A stretch of 59,508 nucleotides of DNA from Planctomycetota bacterium (GTDB lineage: Bacteria; Planctomycetota; Phycisphaerae; Phycisphaerales; SM1A02): contig JAGWXC010000001.1 in the NCBI GenBank assembly GCA_018970045.1, positions 1 through 59,508 of the forward strand, written 5' to 3'. The notes below the pieces were generated by a model. That model ran no database searches. It was not told where the DNA came from and saw nothing but the letters and a program-made list of their open reading frames with translations. The position numbers were made by a program, and so were the translations under genes. Positions 8,050 to 18,114 of this stretch are shown in pieces (within the stretch, counting starts at the first letter, position 1; each line of letters begins with the position of its first letter).

Positions 8050-8939
8050 ACCTGCGCTCGATCGTCCTGCCCGTGCTGGCCGTTGCCGGCCTCGTCGCCA
8101 CCGTCGCCGCCGTGAAGAAGATGGAATTCCGCACGCTCGACGTGCCGGTGCCCGTGTCGCCCGCGCCAAGTCCCTTCGAAAGCCGCATCGCGGCCACTGG
8201 CCTGGTTGAGCCGCTCGGCGGCGTGACCTACGTGGATGCGGCCGATGCCGGCGTGGTCGGTCGTGTCGCCGTCGCGGAGGGCGATTCGGTCAAGGCTGGC
8301 GATGTCCTCTGGGAACTCGATCACGCTCGGACGAAGGCCGAGCTCGGTCTGGCCGAAGCCGAACGCGCCGTGGCCATGGCCCAGCTCGTCGATGAGCAGG
8401 CCAGGCTCAAGGCGCTCATGGAGAGCGGTGCGGCTGAGGTGGTGCCGCAGGTCGAGCGCGTGGCGCGCGAGCAGTCGGCCAAGGTCGCGGCGGCGCGGGT
8501 CCAACGTGCTGATGCGCAGGTCGAGGCAGCACAAGCCCAGCTCCACCGCGAGACCGTGCGCAGCCCGATCGATGGCACGGTGCTCTTCGTCGATGTCCGG
8601 CCCGGTGAGTACGCGCCCCCCGGCGGGCGCCGCATGGCGATCGGCTCCATCGACCCGATGCAGGTGCGTGTGGACATCGATGAAGTCGAGTTCGCACGCT
8701 TCGCGCAGGGCGGCAAGGCTCAGGCGAGCCTTCGTGGGGTGCCGGGCAGCTCGCTGCCCTTGCGCTTCCTGCGCGTGGTGCCGCTGGTGCAACCCAAGCG
8801 GACGCTGACGGGCGAGGCCGCCGAACGCATCGACACGCGCGTGGTGCAGGTCATCTACGAACTCGGCCAAGGCACGCATCGCGTGCAGCCGGGCCAGGTC
8901 GTCGACGTCTACATCGAAGTGCCCGACACGGCGCAGTGA
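8046..8939 (+). CDS. HlyD/DevB-family periplasmic adaptor (membrane fusion) protein
   Basis: N-terminal TM, a lipoyl-like segment (GRVAVAEGDSVKAGDVLWELD), coiled-coil and beta-barrel (SPIDGTVLFVDVRPGEY). ATGA overlap with the ATPase gene. Confidence 0.8.
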   Translation: MNLRSIVLPVLAVAGLVATVAAVKKMEFRTLDVPVPVSPAPSPFESRIAATGLVEPLGGVTYVDAADAGVVGRVAVAEGDSVKAGDVLWELDHARTKAELGLAEAERAVAMAQLVDEQARLKALMESGAAEVVPQVERVAREQSAKVAAARVQRADAQVEAAQAQLHRETVRSPIDGTVLFVDVRPGEYAPPGGRRMAIGSIDPMQVRVDIDEVEFARFAQGGKAQASLRGVPGSSLPLRFLRVVPLVQPKRTLTGEAAERIDTRVVQVIYELGQGTHRVQPGQVVDVYIEVPDTAQ

Positions 8940-8956
8940 TCGCCGCGCCGTCGGCC

Positions 8957-10360
<1,404 letters not shown>

Positions 10361-10380
10361 GATTGTGTCTTCGATTGGGC

Positions 10381-10935
10381 TCAGGATGGTAGAGGCAGGT
10401 CCGCTGCGGCAAGCAGCGGTGCAGCGGCATCCTTGGGGGACAGCAGCGCGCGCGCGGCGTTGGGCCACGCAATGCCGATCGCCGGATCGTCCCACCGAAT
10501 GCCGCGCTCGGCACTGCGCGACCAGGCAGCGGTGACCTTGTAGACGACTTCGGTCAGTTCCTCGAGAGCCATGAGCCCGTGCGCGAATCCGGGTGGCACC
10601 CACAACTGCCGCTTGGCCACCGCATCAAGAGTGATCGTGATGGCTCGACCGAACGACGGACTGCCGCGGCGGATGTCGACGACTGCGTGAAAGGACTGAC
10701 CGTGCACGACGCGAATGAGCTTTCCTTGCTCGCTCGGGGGGAGCTGGTAGTGCAGCCCTCGGACCACGCCTCGTGCACTGAGGGAGTGGTTGTCCTGCAC
10801 GAAGCGCACCGGGCTTCCTGCCGCTGCGGCGAATGCTTCGTCGCTGTGCGACTCCATGAACCAGCCCCGCTCGTCATGGTGCACGCGCGGTTCGATCACG
10901 AGCACACCAGGGAGCTCAGTGGCCGAGGCGATCAT
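10381..10935 (-). CDS. rfbC: dTDP-4-dehydrorhamnose 3,5-epimerase
   Basis: [22 protein letters not shown]...RGLHYQ...[24 protein letters not shown] overlap with rfbA. Confidence 0.9.
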   Translation of the reverse strand: MIASATELPGVLVIEPRVHHDERGWFMESHSDEAFAAAAGSPVRFVQDNHSLSARGVVRGLHYQLPPSEQGKLIRVVHGQSFHAVVDIRRGSPSFGRAITITLDAVAKRQLWVPPGFAHGLMALEELTEVVYKVTAAWSRSAERGIRWDDPAIGIAWPNAARALLSPKDAAAPLLAAADLPLPS

Positions 10936-11816
10936 GGGCGCGGCAGCTCCGCCGCGAGGCGAACCAGGTAGCGCCCGTACTCGGTGCTGGCCATCGGTGC
11001 CGCCAAACGCTCGAGCTGCACCCGATCGATCCAGCCCTGCCGGAAGGCGATCTCCTCTGGACACGCGATCTTCAGTCCTTGGCGGCGCTCGAGGGTGGCA
11101 ATGAACTGGCCTGCATCGAGGAGCGAGTCATGGGTGCCGGTATCGAGCCACGCGAAGCCCCGACCCATCACCTCGACCCGGAGCGTGCCGGCAGCGAGGT
11201 AGGCACGGTTGACATCGGTGATTTCGAGCTCGCCTCGTGCGCTGGGTCGAAGGCTGCGCGCGATCTCGACGACGGAGGCATCGTGGAAGTAGATGCCCGT
11301 CACCGCAAGGTTGGAGCGCGGAGCGGCGGGCTTTTCCTCGATCGACGCTGCGCGGCCATCAGGACCGAGCTCGACAACGCCGTAGCGCTGCGGGTCGAGG
11401 ACCGCGTGCGCCATCACGGTGGCGCCGTCGCTTGCCGCCGCTGCCCGTTGCAGCAGGCGCTGCAGGTCATGGCCGTGGAACAGATTGTCGCCGAGCACCA
11501 GCGCGGAAGGATTGCCTCCCAGGAAGCGCTCGCCGATCAGGAACGCCTGCGCGATTCCGGCGGGGGTCGGCTGCACCGCGTACTCGATCGAGAGTCCCCA
11601 GCGTGACCCATCGCCCAGCAATCGCTCGAATCGAGGCGTGTCGTCCGGCGTCGAGATGACGAGGATCTCGCGAATGCCCGCGAGCATCAGCGTGCTCAAC
11701 GGGTAGTAAATCATCGGCTTGTCATAGACCGGCAGCAGCTGCTTGCTCACGACCAGCGTGGCAGGGTGAAGCCGCGTTCCCGCACCACCGGCGAGCAGGA
11801 TGCCGCGACGGCTCAT
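10932..11816 (-). CDS. rfbA: glucose-1-phosphate thymidylyltransferase
   Basis: [56 protein letters not shown] overlaps at both ends. Confidence 0.95.
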   Translation of the reverse strand: MSRRGILLAGGAGTRLHPATLVVSKQLLPVYDKPMIYYPLSTLMLAGIREILVISTPDDTPRFERLLGDGSRWGLSIEYAVQPTPAGIAQAFLIGERFLGGNPSALVLGDNLFHGHDLQRLLQRAAAASDGATVMAHAVLDPQRYGVVELGPDGRAASIEEKPAAPRSNLAVTGIYFHDASVVEIARSLRPSARGELEITDVNRAYLAAGTLRVEVMGRGFAWLDTGTHDSLLDAGQFIATLERRQGLKIACPEEIAFRQGWIDRVQLERLAAPMASTEYGRYLVRLAAELPRP

Positions 11817-12700
11817 GCGCCACCTCGGACGAGCGTGCGCACCGTCGCCTCCACGCCCACGGTCCACGACGGGCGCGCTGACGCGACGAGTGCATCGAGT
11901 CGACGACCGTCGAGTCGCGAGTTCATGGGTCGCATGGCCTTCAAAGGGTAATCGGCTGATGACACGGGCGTGACGGCATCGGCGGTGCAGCGGAGGCTGG
12001 CTCCCAGCGCGGATGCCGTCCGCAGCGCGTGGCACGCAACCTCGTGCCATGACGCGTGGCCCGACGGGACGGCGTGCACGATCGGGGGCACGTCGCTGCC
12101 CTGAGCGAATCGATCAGCCAGATCGACGATCGTCACAGCCAGCCAGCCAGCCTCGGTAGGCGCGCCGATCTGGTCGCTTACGACCCGGAGCGTGTTGCGG
12201 TCGGTTGCTGCACCGAGGATGCTCCGCACGAAGTTGCGGCCGGAGCCTCCATGAAGCCAGCTCGTCCGCACGATCATGGCATGCCCTGTCGTGAGGCACG
12301 CTCGCTCTCCCACGAGTTTGCTCCGTCCATAGGCATTCAGCGGCGACGGTTCGCTCTCCTCCGTCCATGGGCGATCACCGCTCCCATCAAAGACATAGTC
12401 CGTCGAGACCTGCACCAGTCGCGCGCCGACGTGGCCGCACGCCTGCGCCGCTTCGGCGACGGCGTGGCCATTGATGCGGGTGGCCAGCGCTTCAGACGAC
12501 TCGGCACCATCGACGTCGGTCCAGGCGGCGGCGTTGATCACGACCGCGGGCCTGATCCGAGCGATCAGGTCGGCAACCTGTCCTGGGGATGCAAGGTCTG
12601 CCACCGTCCGGTCGGCAGCCGTCAGGCCCCAGGCTGTCGGCGCAACGCGGCTGATCGCTGCACCGAGTTGCCCGCGTGCCCCAAGCAGCAGCACCTTCAT
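11813..12700 (-). CDS. rfbD: dTDP-4-dehydrorhamnose reductase
   Basis: [13 protein letters not shown] Rossmann motif, VSTDYVFDG and [13 protein letters not shown] overlaps at both ends. Confidence 0.9.
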   Translation of the reverse strand: MKVLLLGARGQLGAAISRVAPTAWGLTAADRTVADLASPGQVADLIARIRPAVVINAAAWTDVDGAESSEALATRINGHAVAEAAQACGHVGARLVQVSTDYVFDGSGDRPWTEESEPSPLNAYGRSKLVGERACLTTGHAMIVRTSWLHGGSGRNFVRSILGAATDRNTLRVVSDQIGAPTEAGWLAVTIVDLADRFAQGSDVPPIVHAVPSGHASWHEVACHALRTASALGASLRCTADAVTPVSSADYPLKAMRPMNSRLDGRRLDALVASARPSWTVGVEATVRTLVRGGA

Positions 12701-13752
12701 GGACCGTACTGCTCCCGCACCCACGACGCGTAGGCACCCGAGCGGATGCGTCCAAGCCAGGCCTCGTTCGCGAGGTACCAGCGGGCCGTCTCGCGCAGGC
12801 CGTCCGTCAGGGACTGGCGTGGCAACCAGCCGAGTTCGTCGCGCGTTGACGAGGCATCGATGGCATACCGACGGTCGTGGCCGGGGCGATCCTCGACGAA
12901 CCGGATGAGGCTTGCGTGTGGCGCGCTGCTGGGCCGCAACTCATCGAGCGCACTGCACAGCGACTGCACGAGATCGATGTTGGCGCACTCCCCGTGACCG
13001 CCGACGAGGTAGGTCGATCCTGGAACGCCGCGATCGAGGACGGCGCGCAGGGCCGCGCAGTGATCGTCCACATGCAGCCAGTCGCGGACCTGGCGCCCGT
13101 CGCCGTAGATCGGGATGGTCTCGCCTGCGGTGGCGCGCGCGATGCACAAGGGGATCAACTTCTCCGGGAACTGGCGCGGGCCGTAGTTGTTGGAGCAGTG
13201 CGTCGTGATCGTTGGTAGTCCATGGGTGACATGCCACGCCCGCACGAGATGGTCGGCCGCGGCCTTGCTTGCCGCGTACGGGCTGTTGGGGCGGTAGTGG
13301 CTGGCGCGGTGAAATGCGGGTTCGTCGGGGCCGAGCGATCCGAAGACCTCGTCAGTTGACACGTGGACGAAACGGAATCCACTGCGTTCGGCAGGGCTTC
13401 GCGCGCTCAAGTGGTCGGTGCATGCCTGCAGCAGGCACGCTGTACCGCCGACGTTCGTGGACACGAATGCATCTGCGCCCTTGATGGATCGATCGACGTG
13501 CGTTTCCGCGGCGAAGTGCACGACGGCCCGCGGCTGGACCTCGTCGAGCAGCCGACGCACCGTCCCGGGATCGCGTACATCGCCGCGCACGAATCGGTGC
13601 GGAGCGGATGCCGGCAGCGTTGCAAGGTTGTCGAGGTTGCCCGCGTAGGTCAGCAGGTCAAGCGTGACGATCGGCTCAGGCGACTGGGCGCACCAAGCGT
13701 GCACGAAGGCACTGCCGATGAAACCTGCTCCGCCAGTGACCAGAATTGGCAC
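12697..13752 (-). CDS. rfbB: dTDP-glucose 4,6-dehydratase
   Basis: MPILVTGGAGFIGSAFV, HFAAETHVDRSI, YAASKAAADHLV and HCSNNYGPRQFPEKLIP. Confidence 0.95.
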   Translation of the reverse strand: MPILVTGGAGFIGSAFVHAWCAQSPEPIVTLDLLTYAGNLDNLATLPASAPHRFVRGDVRDPGTVRRLLDEVQPRAVVHFAAETHVDRSIKGADAFVSTNVGGTACLLQACTDHLSARSPAERSGFRFVHVSTDEVFGSLGPDEPAFHRASHYRPNSPYAASKAAADHLVRAWHVTHGLPTITTHCSNNYGPRQFPEKLIPLCIARATAGETIPIYGDGRQVRDWLHVDDHCAALRAVLDRGVPGSTYLVGGHGECANIDLVQSLCSALDELRPSSAPHASLIRFVEDRPGHDRRYAIDASSTRDELGWLPRQSLTDGLRETARWYLANEAWLGRIRSGAYASWVREQYGP

Positions 13753-13790
13753 AGCGGGGAGCGTATGGGGAGCACGATGATCCGAACGCG

Positions 13791-13809
13791 GCCTCGCTGA
13801 CAGCGAGGC
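13791..13809. terminator. weak hairpin after the small dockerin-module gene
   Basis: GCCTCGC-TGACA-GCGAGGC, a 7-bp stem with no U-tract. Confidence 0.25.
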
Positions 13810-13815
13810 GGGCGA

Positions 13816-14154
13816 TCACTGCGGGCAGGCGCCCCAGGCGCTGAGCAAGTAGCCGAGGTCCTCGCCGTCGGTGCTGCCGTCGCCGGAGATGTCGCCGCCT
13901 GAGGCCCCCCACGAGGAGAGCATCAGCCCAAGGTCGCCGCCGTCGACCGCGCCGCTGCCATCAAGGTCAGCCGGGCACGGCGGGGCGCCGGAGCCGGAAC
14001 CCGATCCCATCAGCTGGTGACCGCTGGAAAAGTCGTCATTCTTGGGGGCCTGCAGCCCGCTGTCGCCTCGGTCGCGCGGTGCCGGAAGAGCGGACGGGAT
14101 CAGGGCGGCGAGTCCGACGGAACAGACAACGACGGTGGCAATGGCATGGGTCAT
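13816..14154 (-). CDS. small secreted protein consisting essentially of the double dockerin-like module
   Basis: Signal/TM segment MTHAIATVVVCSVGLAALIPSALPA, then CPADLDGSGAVDGGDLGLMLSSWGASGGDISGDGSTDGEDLGYLLSAWGACPQ. Confidence 0.7.
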   Translation of the reverse strand: MTHAIATVVVCSVGLAALIPSALPAPRDRGDSGLQAPKNDDFSSGHQLMGSGSGSGAPPCPADLDGSGAVDGGDLGLMLSSWGASGGDISGDGSTDGEDLGYLLSAWGACPQ

Positions 14155-14177
14155 GGCGGAGGAACCATACCCTCTTG

Positions 14178-14198
14178 TGAATTTCCGGCAAATCGCGG
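14178..14198 (-). promoter_or_regulatory. proximal CGCGATTTGCCGGAAATTCA element (gene orientation)
   Basis: The CCGG core at 14185-14188 lies 34 nt upstream of the 14154 start. It shares CGCGATTT..CCGGAAA with the site at 35048-35067. Confidence 0.5.
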
Positions 14199-14200
14199 TT

Positions 14201-14220
14201 GAGAAATTTCCGGAATTCCG
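14201..14220 (-). promoter_or_regulatory. distal GAATTCCGGAAATTTC element (gene orientation)
   Basis: Shares the 13-mer TTCCGGAAATTTC with the site at 31584-31600. It is 25 bp centre-to-centre from the proximal site. Confidence 0.5.
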
Positions 14221-14238
14221 TCACCCCGGATCGATACC

Positions 14239-14589
14239 TCAGGTGTTTCGGGGGCGCTGGTCCCGGTCCGCGTCGTCGAGGGCCATCCGGCGGACCAGCA
14301 CGGTCATGTCGCGTCGGACCGCGCGCAGGCGCATGTACATGCTCAGGAATCCCCATGACGTGGCCAAGACCAGCAGGTAGAGCACGAGGTCGGCGCCTCG
14401 GCCGATGCCCAGAAGCCGCGCGACGCCGGTCGACCAATCGGGCTCGACCACGAAGACCGCGCCCAGGGAACACCCGGCCACCAGGATCGCCGCAATGCCT
14501 CTGGGCAGGCTGCCCCTGCGTCCCAGGACCAAGCTCGCAGCGACGGTGGTTGCGATGGCCGCCAACAGCGCGATCTGGAAGACATTCAT
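14239..14589 (-). CDS. DUF2304-like small membrane protein
   Basis: Hydrophobic segments (NVFQIALLAAIATTVAASLVL; IAAILVAGCSLGAVFVV; LVLYLLVLATSWGFL). ATGA overlap with the upstream GT2 gene. GT2-DUF2304 pairing is common (from memory). Confidence 0.6.
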   Translation of the reverse strand: MNVFQIALLAAIATTVAASLVLGRRGSLPRGIAAILVAGCSLGAVFVVEPDWSTGVARLLGIGRGADLVLYLLVLATSWGFLSMYMRLRAVRRDMTVLVRRMALDDADRDQRPRNT

Positions 14590-15293
14590 CGGAAAACCCT
14601 TCCCACGGCATAGTGGACCAGGATGCGTGCGCTGGCCGACGCCCGCTGCCCCTTGGCGAGCGAGTATTCGGTGTATTCGATCGTGGTGGGGAATTGCCCC
14701 ACGCGCATGCCCGAGCGCGCGATCAGGTCGATGAGTTCGCTCGCGTGCGCCATGCGATCGGAGTGGAGCTCGCATCGGCGAGCGGCCTCGGCGCTGAGCA
14801 CGCGGAGTCCGTTGTGGACGTCGTTCAGCGCGATGCCGCTGGTCAATCGATGCATGAGCGCAGCCAGCCGGATGAGGGCCGCCCGGACCGCAGGAATGCG
14901 AGAGGCACCGCGAAACCGATCGCCGAGGGCGATGTCGCACTCGCCACGGGCCACGGCGCAGGCCATGCGCACCAGATCCTCCACCCGGTGCTGGCCGTCA
15001 GCGTCGAAGTGCGCGATCCGGTGTGCACCCTTGGCGAGCGCAAAGTCAGTCCCGGTCTGCAGTGCGGCACCCTGGCCGCGGTTCACCGCGTGGCGCAGCG
15101 CATGCGTCGCATGCGTCTGCAGCACCCTCCAGGATCCGTCCGACGAGCCGTCATCCACGGCAACGACGTTGGGAAATGTGCGGCCGAGCTCGCGGAGCAC
15201 CGACTCCACGGCGGCGCATTCGTTGAAGACCGGCACCACGACCCATGTCCCCGCGAGGATCTGCTCGTCAGTGAGGTCGCTCAACGCGGTCAT
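14586..15293 (-). CDS. glycosyltransferase family 2 (polyprenol-phosphate sugar transferase-like)
   Basis: VVVPVFNECAAVESVL...VVAVDDGSSDGS...NRGQGAALQTG. Start taken at MTALSDL. Confidence 0.8.
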   Translation of the reverse strand: MTALSDLTDEQILAGTWVVVPVFNECAAVESVLRELGRTFPNVVAVDDGSSDGSWRVLQTHATHALRHAVNRGQGAALQTGTDFALAKGAHRIAHFDADGQHRVEDLVRMACAVARGECDIALGDRFRGASRIPAVRAALIRLAALMHRLTSGIALNDVHNGLRVLSAEAARRCELHSDRMAHASELIDLIARSGMRVGQFPTTIEYTEYSLAKGQRASASARILVHYAVGRVFR

Positions 15294-15349
15294 GGAATCC
15301 ACGGGTCGAAGGTACCATCGGCCATGACGGTCGCAAGGAACCACCGAGC

Positions 15350-17119
15350 ATGACATCGACTTCGCTGGCCATGACCGCTCGGCCCGTCATGCTCGCGGCC
15401 TCCGTGCTCTGGCTCCTGGTGATCCTTGTGTGGCGCCCCGTAGTGAACGCGCCGTTCGTCCACGATGACCTTGTGCAGATCGTCGACCGGGAGCAGCAGG
15501 TCGAGGCCCCGTGGCGGAGTTGGTCGGCCCTCTCGGCGGGCCAGCGGCCGCTCGTGCAACTCACGCTTGGGGTCAACCATCAGCTTAGTGGCTTGGATCC
15601 GCGCGGATATCACGCGCTGAACATTGCGCTTCACGGCGTGGCAGCCGCACTGTGTCTGATCGTCCTCTGGACGGCCGCGTGCACGCTCGTGGAGCGGGGC
15701 GCGCTGACCGCCCAACCACCGTTGATCCTCGGCTCGTGCATGGCCGCCGCAGCATTGTGGGCGCTCCATCCGATCCAGACGGCCTCGGTGAGCTACGTGA
15801 TCCAACGAGCGGAGCTGCTCGTGGGCAGTGGCGCGCTGCTGGCAGTGTGGGGCCTCCTGCGAGCCTCCTGCCCAGGAGCCTCGATGCGGTGGCAGGCGCT
15901 CGCCGTTGGTGGATGCACCGCAGCGGTCCTTTCCAAGCCATCCGCGGTCACCGTGCCTGCCCTTGTGCTTGCCGTAGACGCCGCGATCTGCACTGGATCG
16001 TTGGCGGCGAGCGTGCGCGAGCGGTGGATCATGCACGCGGCCTGCTGGGCTTCGCTGCTTCTGCTGTTGCCGCTTGGCGTGGTGGGTTCGCTGATCGGCG
16101 ACGGCGGCGTCGCTCGGTCCGCCGGGTTCAGCGTGCCGGGCGTGGATCCGTTGACGTATGCGTGGGCCGAACTCGGGGCCTTGGGGATCTACGCGGGCGA
16201 GCTGATCCGGCCAGCGTTGATGAGCATCGATCATGGGTGGACCGTGATTGATGCTGCACCGTGGCCGAGGTTCGTCGGAGCGGCGGCGGTGCTGTCCATG
16301 CTGGCGACGCTCGTCGTTGGCCTTGCTCGGCGAGCATGGTGGTGGATCCTCGGTGCGCTGCCGATGCTCATGCTGCTCCCGACGTCGAGCGTTGTCCCCC
16401 TGCGTGATCCAGTCGCGGACCACCGGCTTTACCTCGCGCTGCTCGGTCCGGTGCTGGCGTTCGTCGCGCTCGCCGCAGGGACGGCGGGGCGTGCCGGAAG
16501 AGGGTGGAGGCGCCTGGGCAGCCTCGCGGTCATGGCCGCGATCGTGACGGCCGTCGTCACCACCATCAACCGAAACCAAGCGTGGTGCTCGCCGAGTCGA
16601 TTGTGGGACCCGGTCATCGCCATGCGACCAGATGATGCCACCGCACTGATGAATCGGTCGCTGAGCCGTCTTGCGGCGGGCGACGACGATGGTGCGCGCC
16701 GCGATGCATCGGCCGCGTTCGACGCGCGCCCCTCCGATGGCTCGGCCGCCGCGATGCTCGGGCTGCTCGAGGTGCGCGCCGGGCGATCGGAGGAGGCGCT
16801 TGGCTGGCTGCTTCGAGCCGAATCCCTCGGCACCAGGACGGCCAGCGTTCGTGGCGCCAAGGGAGATGCGCTCCGGGCGCTCGGTCGCCATGCTGAGGCT
16901 GCCGAGGCGTATGAGAAAGCGTCGCGACGATCACCATCATCTGAACGACTGGCGTTGCTCCACGGCCTTTCGCTTGCGGAGAGTGGCAACATGAAGGCGG
17001 CATCGGTCGTGCTCCAGCGCCTCGCCGCCGACGCGCGCGATCCGGCGGTGATGGAGCGTGCGCGCGAATGCCTGGGTGCGCTCCCGGGCGGTGCCGGCAG
17101 CGGAGCCGCAGAACCATGA
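15350..17119 (+). CDS. polytopic membrane protein with C-terminal TPR domain (GT-C/PMT-like)
   Basis: About 10 hydrophobic helices, an early FVHDD motif and a C-terminal TPR-like region (ALMNRSLSRLAAGDDDGA...EAAEAYEKASRRSP). Confidence 0.6.
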   Translation: MTSTSLAMTARPVMLAASVLWLLVILVWRPVVNAPFVHDDLVQIVDREQQVEAPWRSWSALSAGQRPLVQLTLGVNHQLSGLDPRGYHALNIALHGVAAALCLIVLWTAACTLVERGALTAQPPLILGSCMAAAALWALHPIQTASVSYVIQRAELLVGSGALLAVWGLLRASCPGASMRWQALAVGGCTAAVLSKPSAVTVPALVLAVDAAICTGSLAASVRERWIMHAACWASLLLLLPLGVVGSLIGDGGVARSAGFSVPGVDPLTYAWAELGALGIYAGELIRPALMSIDHGWTVIDAAPWPRFVGAAAVLSMLATLVVGLARRAWWWILGALPMLMLLPTSSVVPLRDPVADHRLYLALLGPVLAFVALAAGTAGRAGRGWRRLGSLAVMAAIVTAVVTTINRNQAWCSPSRLWDPVIAMRPDDATALMNRSLSRLAAGDDDGARRDASAAFDARPSDGSAAAMLGLLEVRAGRSEEALGWLLRAESLGTRTASVRGAKGDALRALGRHAEAAEAYEKASRRSPSSERLALLHGLSLAESGNMKAASVVLQRLAADARDPAVMERARECLGALPGGAGSGAAEP

Positions 17120-18114
17120 ACGCGCGCGACCACGACGTGACCTTGGTCATTCCTGCGCGCGATGCTGCACGCACGATCGGACCGTGCCTCGACGCTGCGC
17201 TCGCCGTCCGAGCTCGGGTCGCATCACGACTCGCGCGCATCGTGCTCGTTGATGACGGTTCGCGTGATGGCACAGCAGCCGAGGCTGAGCGACGTGGGAT
17301 CGACGTCGTGCGCGGGACGGGGCAGGGACCCGCCGCGGCACGCAACCTCGGCTGGCGGCATGCGACCACGGACCTCGTGTGGTTCGTCGATGCGGACTGT
17401 GTGGCTGCGCCGGATGCGCTGGAGCGGCTGCTGCCGGCGCTCGACGACGATGGTGTCGCCGGCGTTGGCGGGACGTACGGGATTGCGCCGGCTGCGACGC
17501 TCCTGGAGCGCCTGATCCACGAGGAGATCATGGTGCGCCACGCACGCATGCCGGAAGAGGTCGACTTTCTCGCGACCTTCGATGTGCTCTATCGGCGCAG
17601 CGTGCTCGAGCAGCTCGGCGGCTTCGACGAGCGTTACCTGAAGGCGCAGGATGCCGAGTTCGCGTTCCGGGTGGTTGAGTCGGGCTGGCGCCTGCGGTTC
17701 GAGCGCGCGTCGATCGTGCAGCACTTTCACGCCGATCGACTCTCGAGGTACCTGCGGGTGCAATGCGGGCAGGGGCGTTGGCGCGTGGCCCTGCATCTGG
17801 AACACCGTGGCCGCGGCGCGCGCAACTCCTACAGCTCGGCGCTCGATCATCTGCAGCCGTTCATCCCGCTCACGCTGCCAGTCGCTGCAGCAGCACCATG
17901 GTGGGGTGCGCCGTGGTGGAGCGTTGCGGTGCCACTGGCGCTGCTCGCGCTGCTGCAGGTGCCGATGGCTGCAGCGATGGTCTCCCGTGCCGGTCCGTCG
18001 ATGGTGGCCTTCGTGCCGCTTGGCGTTGCACGCAGCGTCGCACGGTGTGTCGGGCTCTGCCAAGGTCTCGCCGATCGGCTCCGAGGCCGGCGGCTGCCCG
18101 GAGGAGTTCCATGA
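17116..18114 (+). CDS. glycosyltransferase family 2
   Basis: VTLVIPARDAARTI...LVDDGSRDGT...ARNLGWRHA...FVDADC. ATGA overlap with the upstream gene. Confidence 0.85.
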   Translation: MNARDHDVTLVIPARDAARTIGPCLDAALAVRARVASRLARIVLVDDGSRDGTAAEAERRGIDVVRGTGQGPAAARNLGWRHATTDLVWFVDADCVAAPDALERLLPALDDDGVAGVGGTYGIAPAATLLERLIHEEIMVRHARMPEEVDFLATFDVLYRRSVLEQLGGFDERYLKAQDAEFAFRVVESGWRLRFERASIVQHFHADRLSRYLRVQCGQGRWRVALHLEHRGRGARNSYSSALDHLQPFIPLTLPVAAAAPWWGAPWWSVAVPLALLALLQVPMAAAMVSRAGPSMVAFVPLGVARSVARCVGLCQGLADRLRGRRLPGGVP

